DNA of 64,000 nucleotides from NCBI RefSeq assembly GCF_057098645.1, contig NZ_CM169472.1; one strand, 5' to 3'. Shown piece by piece: positions 46,131 to 55,845 of this stretch (position 1 is its first letter; each line of letters starts with the position of its first letter). The notes under the pieces were generated by a model. It saw only the letters and a program-made list of their open reading frames with translations, ran no database searches and was not told where the DNA came from. The position numbers and the translations under genes were made by a program.

Positions 46131-47318
46131 CTGTTCTCCAATGACTAGTCTAAAAACTAGTATTAAGACTATCACTTATTTAAGTGATACTGGTTGTCTG
46201 GAGATTCAGGGGGCCAGTCTACAAACGTTCCAGTCCAGAGGTCACCAGTGCAACGGAAGATGTGTTTAATCGGGCATCTTCCTCCCACGCTCCGGAATCT
46301 TCCATAACATAGAAATTGGCTTTATCCAGATAAGCAATCAGCAGCGCAACCGATTTTAGTCGGTCACCTTTTTGCCAATCTTCAGCGTTAATAGTACCAG
46401 TATTGATTGCTTGTATAAGGAGATCAAGATAAAGACCTAACGCATCATTTTGTTTATGGTTCCACAGCTGCGGCTTGCCTTCTTCCTGCACATCTGCCAT
46501 CACGGGGGAGTTGCTGTCAAATCGGATATGCACAGCATTCATTTGCCCGGGAATACCATCCAGTCGTTTTGGGTTGCTAATGATGTCCTGCATCCGCTTA
46601 ATCTGGTCGGGCGTAGACATATAATCCCACAGGGTGAGCAGAACCTTTTTTGCGGCTACACTATTTCCCTGGTCTGATACTAATGCCATATAGCCCCATA
46701 AACTATCCCTCAGCCAGACAGCATCATAGTGGGTTTCTGCCGCTGTTTTGTCATCTTCGAAAGTAGAAGCAAGAATAAACGTTCCCCAGGGTTTCTCCGT
46801 CAACGTTAACTTTCGTGTGTTTTCTGTTAATGTTAGCAATCCTTGAATTTCGTCTTTGGTATAGTGGCTCTTTATTTCATTTTGTAATTTGGCTGAGTGA
46901 ATCAGAAGACGATAATTAGGATACTTATCTGGATTTAACGATAAATAACTTTTATCTGTTGCTGCCCCCGTGGAATTAAGAATGTTAAATACAGATTCAC
47001 TCGTCACTTCTGCCCCTGTCGCCTGGCATGTGCCGCACGAAAATATACCCGCGAGCAGAAGAGTTAATGCAGATTTCCCTTTCATAAAATATTCCATCAA
47101 TCGTTTATTAAAAGCGTAGATAACCACTTATTTAACAACTTGAAAATAAGGTATTTTACCTGGGTTGTTACAAAAGGATTGCATTGCGTAAACGCTTTTT
47201 ATTTACAAAAAAATGGGGAAGTGTTACAGCGATTGGGAAAAGTCTGAAGCGATTGAATTAAGATAATATAGAAAATCAGATACAGCAAAAATGGCAGATT
47301 GATGAGGTGAAGATAAAT

Positions 47319-47392
47319 TGGAGCGGGCGAAGGGAATCGAACCCTCGTATAGAGCTTGGGAAGCTCTCGTTCTACCATTGAACTACGCCCGC
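47319..47392 (-). tRNA. glyU: tRNA-Gly (anticodon CCC), 74 nt
   Basis: Minus strand reads GCGGGCGTAGTTCAATGGTAGAACGAGAGCTTCCCAAGCTCTATACGAGGGTTCGATTCCCTTCGCCCGCTCCA; CCC anticodon in loop, encoded CCA end. Confidence 0.95.
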
Positions 47393-47470
47393 TTCGAGAT
47401 GCGTAAGGCATTATAAACCTTACGCTCTCCTTAGCAAGTGCCGCGCTGCTGACTGCTGATTAATTCGCCA

Positions 47471-48226
47471 TCAGCATTTTGGCTTGCTGCCCTGCGGCGG
47501 CAAGTAACGTAGCGGATCAATTGCCGTTGCACGGTAACGAATCTGGAAATGCAGGCGAACAGATGCCGCATCCGTGCTCCCCATGGTGGCGATTTTTTGC
47601 CCAGCCTTCACGCTTTGCCCATTATTTACCAGCATCGTGTCATTATGGGCGTAAGCCGTAATGTAATCTTCACTGTGTTTAATCATGATGAGATTACCGT
47701 AGCCACGCAGCTGGTTGCCCACATACACCACCTTTCCTGCACCCGCGGCGTAAATAGGTGTACCCCGTGGAGCAGAGATATCAATCCCTTTATTGCCGCC
47801 ATCTGCTGTCGAATACGGCATGATAACTTTCCCTGTCGTTGGCCATAACCAACAACGTTGTCCTACTGGCGGCCAGGAAGATTTCGGTACCGCTGATGAC
47901 GGTGTAACCGATGCGGTTTTGGTCGTTGATTTGGCGGTTGATTTACGTGTACTACTGCTACTTTTCGCCCCACCCAGTTTTAGTTTCTGACCAACTTCAA
48001 TGGTGTAAGGGGGGGAAATGCCGTTCAGTCGCGCCAGCTCTTTTACGCTGGTTCCCGTGGTGCGCGAAATACGATATAGCGTATCCCCCCGTTTCACGGT
48101 GTAAACGGAGCCGGAATACGTTCCTGTATCGGATGATTTGCTACCCGAACAGCCCGCCAAAAGCAGTCCAACCGATAACAACATCACGATACCCAGAGAT
48201 TTTTTATTCAGGCGTCCCGCACTCAA
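47471..48226 (-). CDS. ygeR: LysM + M23 peptidase-domain lipoprotein, 251 aa from TTG start
   Basis: Track ORF 47471..48250; lipobox LLLAGCSG, LysM-like region, C-terminal M23-like region; TTG at 48226 has a GAGGAAAG RBS. Confidence 0.85.
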   Translation of the reverse strand: MSAGRLNKKSLGIVMLLSVGLLLAGCSGSKSSDTGTYSGSVYTVKRGDTLYRISRTTGTSVKELARLNGISPPYTIEVGQKLKLGGAKSSSSTRKSTAKSTTKTASVTPSSAVPKSSWPPVGQRCWLWPTTGKVIMPYSTADGGNKGIDISAPRGTPIYAAGAGKVVYVGNQLRGYGNLIMIKHSEDYITAYAHNDTMLVNNGQSVKAGQKIATMGSTDAASVRLHFQIRYRATAIDPLRYLPPQGSKPKC

Positions 48227-48569
48227 AATCTTTCCTCGCTTAAAAAACAAGACGCCATATCATAGCAGCCAGCCTCTTGATACCCAATCTCTTGCTTCTG
48301 GAAAAACGATGTAATAGAGAAAGAGGTTAATTTCATTTGGCAAAGGGAAGTATCATCAGCAAAATATTCACTGTAGAGGTATCGAATTTCCTGACTTTTT
48401 TACCCTATTTCCCATCCTGATGCGTAATAATCCCAATTTATCACATTGATTTTATCGCCACTCATATTGATACGTATCACTGCCCCTATTCAGAGTCCTG
48501 TTTCGTATCATATCTGTGTTTTTTTAACGTCATCACACTTCCTTCCTCCCCTAACGCTTATCGTCGTTT

Positions 48570-48586
48570 CTGGCGTAAATCTTGCC
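48570..48586 (+). promoter_or_regulatory. Candidate sigma-54 promoter upstream of xdhA
   Basis: CTGGCGTAAATCTTGCC: GG at 48572-48573 and GC at 48584-48585 with canonical 12-bp register, about 55 bp upstream of xdhA ATG. Confidence 0.35.
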
Positions 48587-48680
48587 TGCTTAGACTAAAT
48601 CTTTGCCATAAGAACCAAATGTTCAAATCGAGGGGATTTCTATGGAAGCGCGGGAAGCAACCGCTACGGGTGAATCATGC

Positions 48681-50939
48681 ATGCGCGTCGATGCCATTGC
48701 TAAGGTCACCGGGCGGGCACGATATACTGACGATTATGTTATGGCGGGCATGTGTTATGCGAAATATGTACGTAGCCCTATCGCACATGGTTATGCCGTA
48801 AGTATTAATGATGAACAAGCCAGAAGTTTACCAGGCGTACTGGCGATTTTTACCTGGGAAGATGTGCCTGATATCCCATTCGCTACAGCTGGGCATGCAT
48901 GGACACTTGACGAAAACAAGCGCGATACCGCCGATCGCGCACTGCTAACTCGCCATGTTCGTCATCATGGTGACGCCGTTGCCATCGTCGTGGCCCGCGA
49001 TGAACTCACGGCAGAAAAAGCGGCGCAATTGGTCAGCATTGAGTGGCAAGAATTACCCGTTATCACCACGCCAGAAGCGGCGCTGGCAGAGGACGCTGCA
49101 CCAATCCATAACGGCGGCAATTTACTGAAACAAAGCACGATGTCGACGGGCAATGTCCAACAAACAATCGATGCCGCCGACTACCAGGTACAGGGGCACT
49201 ATCAGACCCCCGTTATTCAACATTGTCACATGGAAAGCGTAACATCGCTGGCGTGGATGGAGGATGACTCGCGAATTACCATCGTTTCCAGCACCCAGAT
49301 CCCGCACATTGTTCGCCGCGTGGTTGGTCAGGCACTGGATATTCCCTGGTCATGCGTACGAGTCATCAAACCATTTGTCGGTGGCGGTTTTGGTAATAAA
49401 CAGGATGTACTGGAAGAGCCAATGGCGGCATTCCTGACCAGCAAGCTTGGCGGCATTCCGGTGAAAGTTTCCCTTAGCCGTGAAGAGTGTTTCCTCGCAA
49501 CCCGTACCCGCCACGCTTTTACTATTGACGGGCAAATGGGCGTGAACCGCGACGGAACATTGAAAGGTTATAGTCTGGATGTTCTGTCTAACACCGGCGC
49601 TTATGCATCTCACGGGCACTCCATCGCTTCTGCGGGGGGGAATAAAGTCGCTTACCTTTATCCTCGTTGTGCCTACGCTTACAGTTCAAAGACCTGCTAT
49701 ACCAACCTCCCCTCGGCTGGTGCGATGCGTGGTTATGGCGCGCCACAAGTCGTATTTGCCGTTGAGTCTATGCTTGATGACGCCGCGACAGCGTTAGGTA
49801 TTGATCCTGTTGAAATTCGTTTACGCAACGCCGCACGCGAAGGAGATGCTAATCCGCTCACGGGCAAACGTATTTACAGCGCAGGGTTGCCGGAGTGTCT
49901 TGAAAAAGGCCGGAAAATCTTTGAATGGGAAAAACGCCGTGCAGAGTGCCAGAACCAGCAAGGCAATTTACGCCGCGGCGTTGGCGTCGCCTGTTTTAGC
50001 TACACCTCTAACACCTGGCCTGTCGGCGTAGAAATAGCAGGCGTGCGCCTTCTGATGAATCAGGATGGAACCATCAACGTGCAAAGCGGCGCGACGGAAA
50101 TCGGTCAGGGTGCCGATACCGTCTTCTCGCAAATGGTGGCAGAAACCGTGGGGGTTCCGGTCAGCGACGTTCGCGTTATTTCAACACAAGATACCGATGT
50201 TACGCCGTTCGATCCCGGCGCATTTGCCTCACGCCAGAGCTATGTTGCCGCGCCTGCGCTGCGCAGTGCAGCACTGTTATTAAAAGAGAAAATCATCGCT
50301 CACGCCGCAGTCATGCTACATCAGTCAGCGATGAATCTGACCCTGATAAAAGGCCATATCGTGCTGGTTGAGCGACCGGAAGAGCCGTTAATGTCGTTAA
50401 AAGATTTGGCGATGGACGCTTTCTACCACCCTGAACGCGGCGGGCAGCTCTCTGCTGAAAGCTCCATCAAAACCACCACTAACCCACCGGCGTTCGGCTG
50501 TACCTTTGTTGATCTGACGGTCGATATTGCGCTGTGCAAAGTCACCATCAACCGCATCCTCAACGTTCATGATTCGGGCCATATTCTTAATCCGCTACTG
50601 GCAGAAGGTCAGGTACACGGCGGAATGGGAATGGGCATTGGCTGGGCGCTATTTGAAGAAATGATCATCGATGCAAAAAGCGGCGTGGTCCGTAACCCCA
50701 ATCTGCTGGATTACAAAATGCCGACCATGCCGGATCTGCCACAACTGGAAAGCGCGTTCGTCGAAATCAATGAGCCGCAATCCGCATACGGACATAAGTC
50801 ACTGGGTGAGCCACCAATAATTCCTGTTGCCGCTGCTATTCGTAACGCGGTGAAGATGGCTACCGGTGTTGCAATCAATACACTGCCGCTGACGCCAAAA
50901 CGGTTATATGAAGAGTTCCATCTGGCAGGATTGATTTGA
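48681..50939 (+). CDS. xdhA: Xanthine dehydrogenase molybdenum-binding subunit, 752 aa from MRVDAIAKVTG
   Basis: Track ORF 48642..50939; molybdopterin-binding aldehyde oxidase/XDH family; xdhABC synteny. Confidence 0.9.
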   Translation: MRVDAIAKVTGRARYTDDYVMAGMCYAKYVRSPIAHGYAVSINDEQARSLPGVLAIFTWEDVPDIPFATAGHAWTLDENKRDTADRALLTRHVRHHGDAVAIVVARDELTAEKAAQLVSIEWQELPVITTPEAALAEDAAPIHNGGNLLKQSTMSTGNVQQTIDAADYQVQGHYQTPVIQHCHMESVTSLAWMEDDSRITIVSSTQIPHIVRRVVGQALDIPWSCVRVIKPFVGGGFGNKQDVLEEPMAAFLTSKLGGIPVKVSLSREECFLATRTRHAFTIDGQMGVNRDGTLKGYSLDVLSNTGAYASHGHSIASAGGNKVAYLYPRCAYAYSSKTCYTNLPSAGAMRGYGAPQVVFAVESMLDDAATALGIDPVEIRLRNAAREGDANPLTGKRIYSAGLPECLEKGRKIFEWEKRRAECQNQQGNLRRGVGVACFSYTSNTWPVGVEIAGVRLLMNQDGTINVQSGATEIGQGADTVFSQMVAETVGVPVSDVRVISTQDTDVTPFDPGAFASRQSYVAAPALRSAALLLKEKIIAHAAVMLHQSAMNLTLIKGHIVLVERPEEPLMSLKDLAMDAFYHPERGGQLSAESSIKTTTNPPAFGCTFVDLTVDIALCKVTINRILNVHDSGHILNPLLAEGQVHGGMGMGIGWALFEEMIIDAKSGVVRNPNLLDYKMPTMPDLPQLESAFVEINEPQSAYGHKSLGEPPIIPVAAAIRNAVKMATGVAINTLPLTPKRLYEEFHLAGLI

Positions 50940-50949
50940 GGATAACATC

Positions 50950-51828
50950 ATGTTTGATTTTGCTTCTTACCATCGCGCAGCAACCCTTGCCGATGCCATC
51001 AACCTGCTGGCTGACAACCCGCAGGCCAAACTGCTCGCCGGTGGCACTGACGTACTGATTCAGCTCCACCATCACAATGACCGTTATCGCCATATTGTTG
51101 ATATTCATAATCTGGCGGAGCTGCGGGGAATTACGCTGGCGGAAGATGGCTCGCTACGTATCGGCTCTGCAACGACATTTACCCAGCTAATAGAAGATCC
51201 TATAACTCAACGTCATCTCCCGGCGTTATGTGCTGCGGCCTCGTCCATTGCTGGACCGCAGATCCGTAACGTCGCTACCTACGGTGGAAATATTTGCAAC
51301 GGTGCCACCAGCGCAGATTCTGCCACGCCAACGCTCATTTATGACGCGAAACTGGAGATCCACTCCCCACGCAGTGTTCGTTTCGTCCCGATTAATGGCT
51401 TTCACACCGGGCCGGGCAAAGTGTCTCTTGAGCATGACGAAATCCTTGTCGCCTTTCATTTTCCACCCCAGCCGAAAGAACACGTGGGCAGCGCGCATTT
51501 TAAATATGCCATGCGCGACGCAATGGATATTTCAACGATTGGCTGTGCCGCACATTGCCGACTGGATAACGGCAATTTCAGCGAATTACGCCTGGCATTT
51601 GGTGTTGCCGCGCCAACGCCGATTCGCTGCCAACATGCCGAACAGACTGCACAAAATGCGCCATTAAACCTGCAAACGCTGGAAGCTATCAGCGAATCTG
51701 TCCTGCAAGATGTCGCCCCGCGTTCTTCATGGCGGGCCAGTAAAGAGTTTCGTCTGCATCTCATCCAGACGATGACCAAAAAAGTGATTAGCGAAGCCGT
51801 CGCCGCGGCGGGGGGAAAATTGCAATGA
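50950..51828 (+). CDS. xdhB: Xanthine dehydrogenase FAD-binding subunit, 292 aa
   Basis: Track ORF 292 aa, CO dehydrogenase flavoprotein-like. Confidence 0.9.
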
Positions 51829-52304
51829 ATCACAGCGAAACAATTACCATCGAATGCACCATTAACGGGATGCCTTTTCAGCTTCATGCCGCACCAGGCA
51901 CGCCGCTCTCGGAATTACTCCGCGAACAAGGACTGCTAAGTGTCAAACAAGGGTGCTGCGTGGGTGAATGTGGTGCCTGTACGGTGCTGGTCGACGGCAC
52001 AGCAATAGACAGTTGCTTATACCTTGCCGCCTGGGCTGAAGGAAAAGAGATCCGCACGCTTGAAGGTGAAGCGAAAGGCGGAAAACTTTCTCATGTTCAG
52101 CAGGCTTATGCGAAATCCGGCGCAGTGCAGTGCGGGTTTTGTACGCCTGGCCTGATTATGGCTACCACGGCAATGCTGGCGAAACCACGCGAGAAGCCAT
52201 TAACCATTACGGAAATTCGTCGCGGACTGGCGGGAAATCTTTGTCGCTGCACGGGGTATCAGATGATTGTAAATACAGTTCTGGATTGCGAGAAAACGAA
52301 GTAA
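51825..52304 (+). CDS. xdhC: Xanthine dehydrogenase iron-sulfur subunit (2Fe-2S), 159 aa
   Basis: Track ORF with cysteine clusters [11 protein letters not shown] and CGFCTPG. Confidence 0.9.
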
Positions 52305-52310
52305 AAGGAT

Positions 52311-52334
52311 ATCCGGCCTGAATTCAGGCCGGAT
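52311..52334. terminator. Bidirectional hairpin terminator between convergent xdhC and ygeV
   Basis: Perfect palindrome ATCCGGCCTGAA / TTCAGGCCGGAT between the two stop codons. Confidence 0.6.
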
Positions 52335-52343
52335 TCGCTGAGG

Positions 52344-54122
52344 TTATGTGTTTAACAACTCATATTTCTTAATCTTGCGATAGAGCGTAGCAATGCCGAT
52401 GCCCAGTTCATCAGCAACTTGCTTCTTGCTGTTATGACGTGAAAGCGCCTCGCGGATCATTTGCTTTTCCATCTCCTCCAGCGCCGTGCCGCCCGCATCA
52501 TCGAGTGACAGGTGCGCCTCAGTGACCTCTGTTACATCACTTTGCTCCGTTGTGCCATTATTCAGCAGATTTGGCGGCAATAGCGTGCTGTCGATAACTT
52601 CACCTGAAGGAACAACGTTAACCAGATATTCCATCAAATTGCTTAACTCGCGCAGGTTTCCGGGCCAACGATGCTTACGCAATATTTCGACGACATCGGG
52701 AGCAATGCCAGGATAAACCGATCCCAGACGACGGGTATGCAGATGTAAAAAGTAATGCACCAGTAGTTCAATATCTTCCTGACGTTCACGCAGCGGTGGC
52801 AGAGTTATCGGGATAACATTAAGTCGGTAGAAGAGATCTTCGCGGAATTTACCTTCGGCAATGAACTGGGCCAAATTCTGGTTAGTTGCAGAAATGATGC
52901 GAATGTCGACTTGTATTGGGCTACTGGCACCAATCGGCAGAATTTCACGTGCCTCAATAGCGCGCAGTAATTTAGCCTGCAACATTAATGGCATATCACC
53001 TATTTCATCGAGAAACAGCGTGCCCGTATTCGCCGCCTGAATCAACCCTGTTTTACCGTTGGCAGAAGCGCCAGTAAATGCGCCTTTAACATAACCGAAC
53101 AGTTCGCTCTCCAGAAGCTGCTCCGGAATCGCGGCACAGTTGATAGCAATAAAGGGTTTATTCCGTCTTCCGCTCAACTTATGGATTGCACGGGCGACAA
53201 CTTCTTTACCCGTGCCGCTTTCACCAACCACCATAACGCTGGATGGGCTGGGTGCAATACGGCTAATGAGTCGTTTTAATTGCCGCATAACACGGCACTC
53301 GCCAACCAATTGTTCAATATGCGGTTCATCAGGTGCATTTGCTACAGAAAAACTGGTATGCGATTGGTGAAACGCCATTAAAAATAATTGTCGGCCCTGA
53401 ATGTTATGCAATTGACCAATGATTAATTCACTTTTATCGTCCCACGAAACAATATGCTGCATATGTCCATGGGTAAAATTACTCTCAAATGTTAATGGTC
53501 TGAAACGGATAGGTTTCCCAATAATATTATTTTGCACAACACCAAGTGTTTTTAAGGCAGTCTGATTAACAAACTGAACCCGATTTTCATCATCTACAAC
53601 TAATACGCCCTGATCCATATTATCGATCATGGTCGCGAATATTTTACTGATGTTATCTCCTGGCCCCTGATCCTCCAGAAGTTTCGAAACAAAAATGGTG
53701 GATATATGACGAACATAATCAGAAAATTCGCGTAAATTATCACTGATATGCTCTTGTTGCTCGTGGGTAACGGCAATCAAACTTATCACCCCAACACAAC
53801 GATCCTGTAAAATGACAGGCGTACCCAGAAATGCTTTTTCGCGGCAATTTTCTTTACTATCGCAACCTTCGCAAAGGGGATCGAAGCGAGACTGTGTCAC
53901 AACTTTTTCAGTTTTCGTTTCCAGGACGTGGCGGAGCAGGCGTGAGTTGCCGCTCAACTGGCGACCAAGAAACTTCCCATACGCGCCCGTTCCGGCGACG
54001 CGACACAAGTTTTCATCAACGATCTCAACCTCAAGCTGCAAAACGCTGGCAAGCATTCTGGCAAAACGCTGAATTGTCGGTTGAATTTGCATCAATACTG
54101 ACTGCGTAGTAGCAAGCTCCAT
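52344..54122 (-). CDS. ygeV: Sigma-54-dependent transcriptional activator (sensory domains + AAA+ + Fis-type HTH), 592 aa
   Basis: Track ORF with Walker A GESGTGKE, GAFTGA motif, C-terminal HTH. Confidence 0.9.
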   Translation of the reverse strand: MELATTQSVLMQIQPTIQRFARMLASVLQLEVEIVDENLCRVAGTGAYGKFLGRQLSGNSRLLRHVLETKTEKVVTQSRFDPLCEGCDSKENCREKAFLGTPVILQDRCVGVISLIAVTHEQQEHISDNLREFSDYVRHISTIFVSKLLEDQGPGDNISKIFATMIDNMDQGVLVVDDENRVQFVNQTALKTLGVVQNNIIGKPIRFRPLTFESNFTHGHMQHIVSWDDKSELIIGQLHNIQGRQLFLMAFHQSHTSFSVANAPDEPHIEQLVGECRVMRQLKRLISRIAPSPSSVMVVGESGTGKEVVARAIHKLSGRRNKPFIAINCAAIPEQLLESELFGYVKGAFTGASANGKTGLIQAANTGTLFLDEIGDMPLMLQAKLLRAIEAREILPIGASSPIQVDIRIISATNQNLAQFIAEGKFREDLFYRLNVIPITLPPLRERQEDIELLVHYFLHLHTRRLGSVYPGIAPDVVEILRKHRWPGNLRELSNLMEYLVNVVPSGEVIDSTLLPPNLLNNGTTEQSDVTEVTEAHLSLDDAGGTALEEMEKQMIREALSRHNSKKQVADELGIGIATLYRKIKKYELLNT

Positions 54123-54490
54123 AGCTTTACCTTCCAGACTTACTTAAAAGTCGATCATTGAAGACGTTGATGGTTCACAGATCATGATGATATTAACTCA
54201 GGCGAAATTGGCTTTGATAAAAACATAAGATTTTTATAACTTTCTAATGAAATTATGGAAGAGATATCACATTTCTATATCAATATGAGAATTACGGCGG
54301 TGAGTTTATCAAACTGACGAGGGATAGCCTGCCCCTTTATCTTATTTCTGATACTTAGCAGCAAATAAATAACGCAATAAAAAAAGCCAAACGTTTTCGT
54401 ATTTTACAAACAACCCGAAGCTGGCATCAATTTGTGATCAACCCCACACATTATCCGTCAAATTAGTCTTTTGCAGCCCCGTGGATAATT

Positions 54491-54507
54491 CTGGCACACT
54501 TATTGTT
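54491..54507 (+). promoter_or_regulatory. Weak sigma-54-like motif upstream of ygeW (-24 perfect, -12 GT instead of GC)
   Basis: CTGGCACACTTATTGTT about 90 bp upstream of ygeW ATG; correct spacing but non-canonical -12 element. Confidence 0.2.
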
Positions 54508-54597
54508 AGTCCCAGGTATAGCTGTGAAAACACCAATCACTTTGGCAAGTCACAGTGAAATAAACCACTTTGCCTGTCATTCCACTACCGGGACTTT

Positions 54598-55788
54598 ATG
54601 ATGAAAACTGTTAATGAGCTGATTAAGGATATCAATTCGCTGACCTCTCACCTTCACGAGAAAGATTTTTTGTTAACGTGGGAACAGACGCCAGATGAAC
54701 TGAAACAAGTACTGGACGTTGCCGCAGCATTAAAAGCACTGCGTGCTGAAAACATCTCAACCAAAGTCTTTAATAGTGGATTAGGTATTTCCGTATTCCG
54801 CGACAACTCCACCCGTACCCGCTTCTCTTATGCTTCCGCGCTTAACCTGCTCGGCCTTGCACAGCAAGATCTCGATGAAGGCAAATCACAAATCGCTCAC
54901 GGCGAAACCGTGCGTGAAACCGCCAATATGATCTCCTTCTGCGCCGACGCTATTGGTATTCGCGACGATATGTATCTGGGCGCAGGCAACGCCTATATGC
55001 GTGAAGTTGGCGCTGCACTTGATGACGGTTACAAGCAGGGTGTGCTGCCGCAACGTCCGGCTTTAGTGAACCTGCAATGCGATATTGATCACCCGACTCA
55101 GTCAATGGCTGACCTGGCATGGTTACGTGAACACTTTGGTTCACTGGAAAACCTGAAAGGTAAAAAAATCGCCATGACCTGGGCCTACTCCCCAAGCTAT
55201 GGCAAACCGCTCTCTGTACCACAAGGCATCATCGGTCTGATGACTCGCTTCGGTATGGATGTCACCCTGGCCCATCCGGAAGGCTACGACCTGATCCCGG
55301 ATGTGGTTGAAGTGGCGAAAAACAATGCTAAAGCCTCCGGTGGTAGCTTCCGTCAGGTCACCAGCATGGAAGAAGCCTTCAAAGACGCAGACATCGTTTA
55401 TCCGAAGTCATGGGCACCTTACAAAGTGATGGAAGAGCGTACTGAATTGCTGCGTGCGAACGACCACGAAGGCTTAAAAGCACTGGAAAAACAGTGTCTG
55501 GCACAGAACGCGCAACACAAAGACTGGCATTGTACTGAAGAGATGATGGAACTGACCCGTGATGGCGAAGCCCTGTACATGCACTGCCTGCCAGCTGATA
55601 TCAGCGGCGTATCCTGTAAAGAAGGTGAAGTGACTGAAGGCGTATTCGAAAAATACCGTATCGCTACCTACAAAGAAGCCAGCTGGAAGCCTTATATCAT
55701 CGCCGCGATGATCCTGTCCCGTAAATACGCCAAACCAGGTGCACTGCTCGAGCAACTGCTGAAAGAAGCGCAAGAACGCGTGAAATAA
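54598..55788 (+). CDS. ygeW: Carbamoyltransferase-like protein YgeW (ATCase/OTCase fold), 396 aa
   Basis: Track ORF 396 aa with carbamoyl-phosphate-binding STRTR motif. Confidence 0.85.
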   Translation: MMKTVNELIKDINSLTSHLHEKDFLLTWEQTPDELKQVLDVAAALKALRAENISTKVFNSGLGISVFRDNSTRTRFSYASALNLLGLAQQDLDEGKSQIAHGETVRETANMISFCADAIGIRDDMYLGAGNAYMREVGAALDDGYKQGVLPQRPALVNLQCDIDHPTQSMADLAWLREHFGSLENLKGKKIAMTWAYSPSYGKPLSVPQGIIGLMTRFGMDVTLAHPEGYDLIPDVVEVAKNNAKASGGSFRQVTSMEEAFKDADIVYPKSWAPYKVMEERTELLRANDHEGLKALEKQCLAQNAQHKDWHCTEEMMELTRDGEALYMHCLPADISGVSCKEGEVTEGVFEKYRIATYKEASWKPYIIAAMILSRKYAKPGALLEQLLKEAQERVK

Positions 55789-55845
55789 CCCCTCGGGCCG
55801 ATCAGCTGGTCGGCCCTCTATTTCCAGAGGCCAAAAGGATAGGAT

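Larger units (their letters stand above)
44891..46221 (-). mobile_element. IS2 copy 2 (1331 bp), full length, inverted relative to copy 1, with 5-bp target duplication CAAAC
   Basis: Ends are reverse complements of copy 1 ends; CAAAC at 44886-44890 and 46222-46226; InsC/InsD translations identical to copy 1. Confidence 0.95.
44139..47127 (-). pseudogene. ygeQ: Secreted glycoside hydrolase family 15-like protein (ygeQ-like), interrupted by IS2 copy 2; about 550 aa when reconstructed
   Basis: N-terminal part 46222..47127 has a signal peptide and GH15-like motifs (WLRDS, WNHKQND, GAWEED); C-terminal part 44139..44890 continues in frame once IS2 and one TSD copy are removed. Confidence 0.7.

Noticed and set aside
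36451-46221. Two inverted IS2 copies forming a composite transposon carrying eivA-eivF
   Set aside because: Each copy has its own matching 5-bp target duplication (GAAAC and CAAAC), indicating independent insertions; no shared outer duplication.
47199-47411. 70-aa minus-strand ORF (MPYASRSGRSSMVERELPKLYTRVRFPSPAP...)
   Set aside because: It is the translation of the glyU tRNA gene and flanks, not a protein gene.
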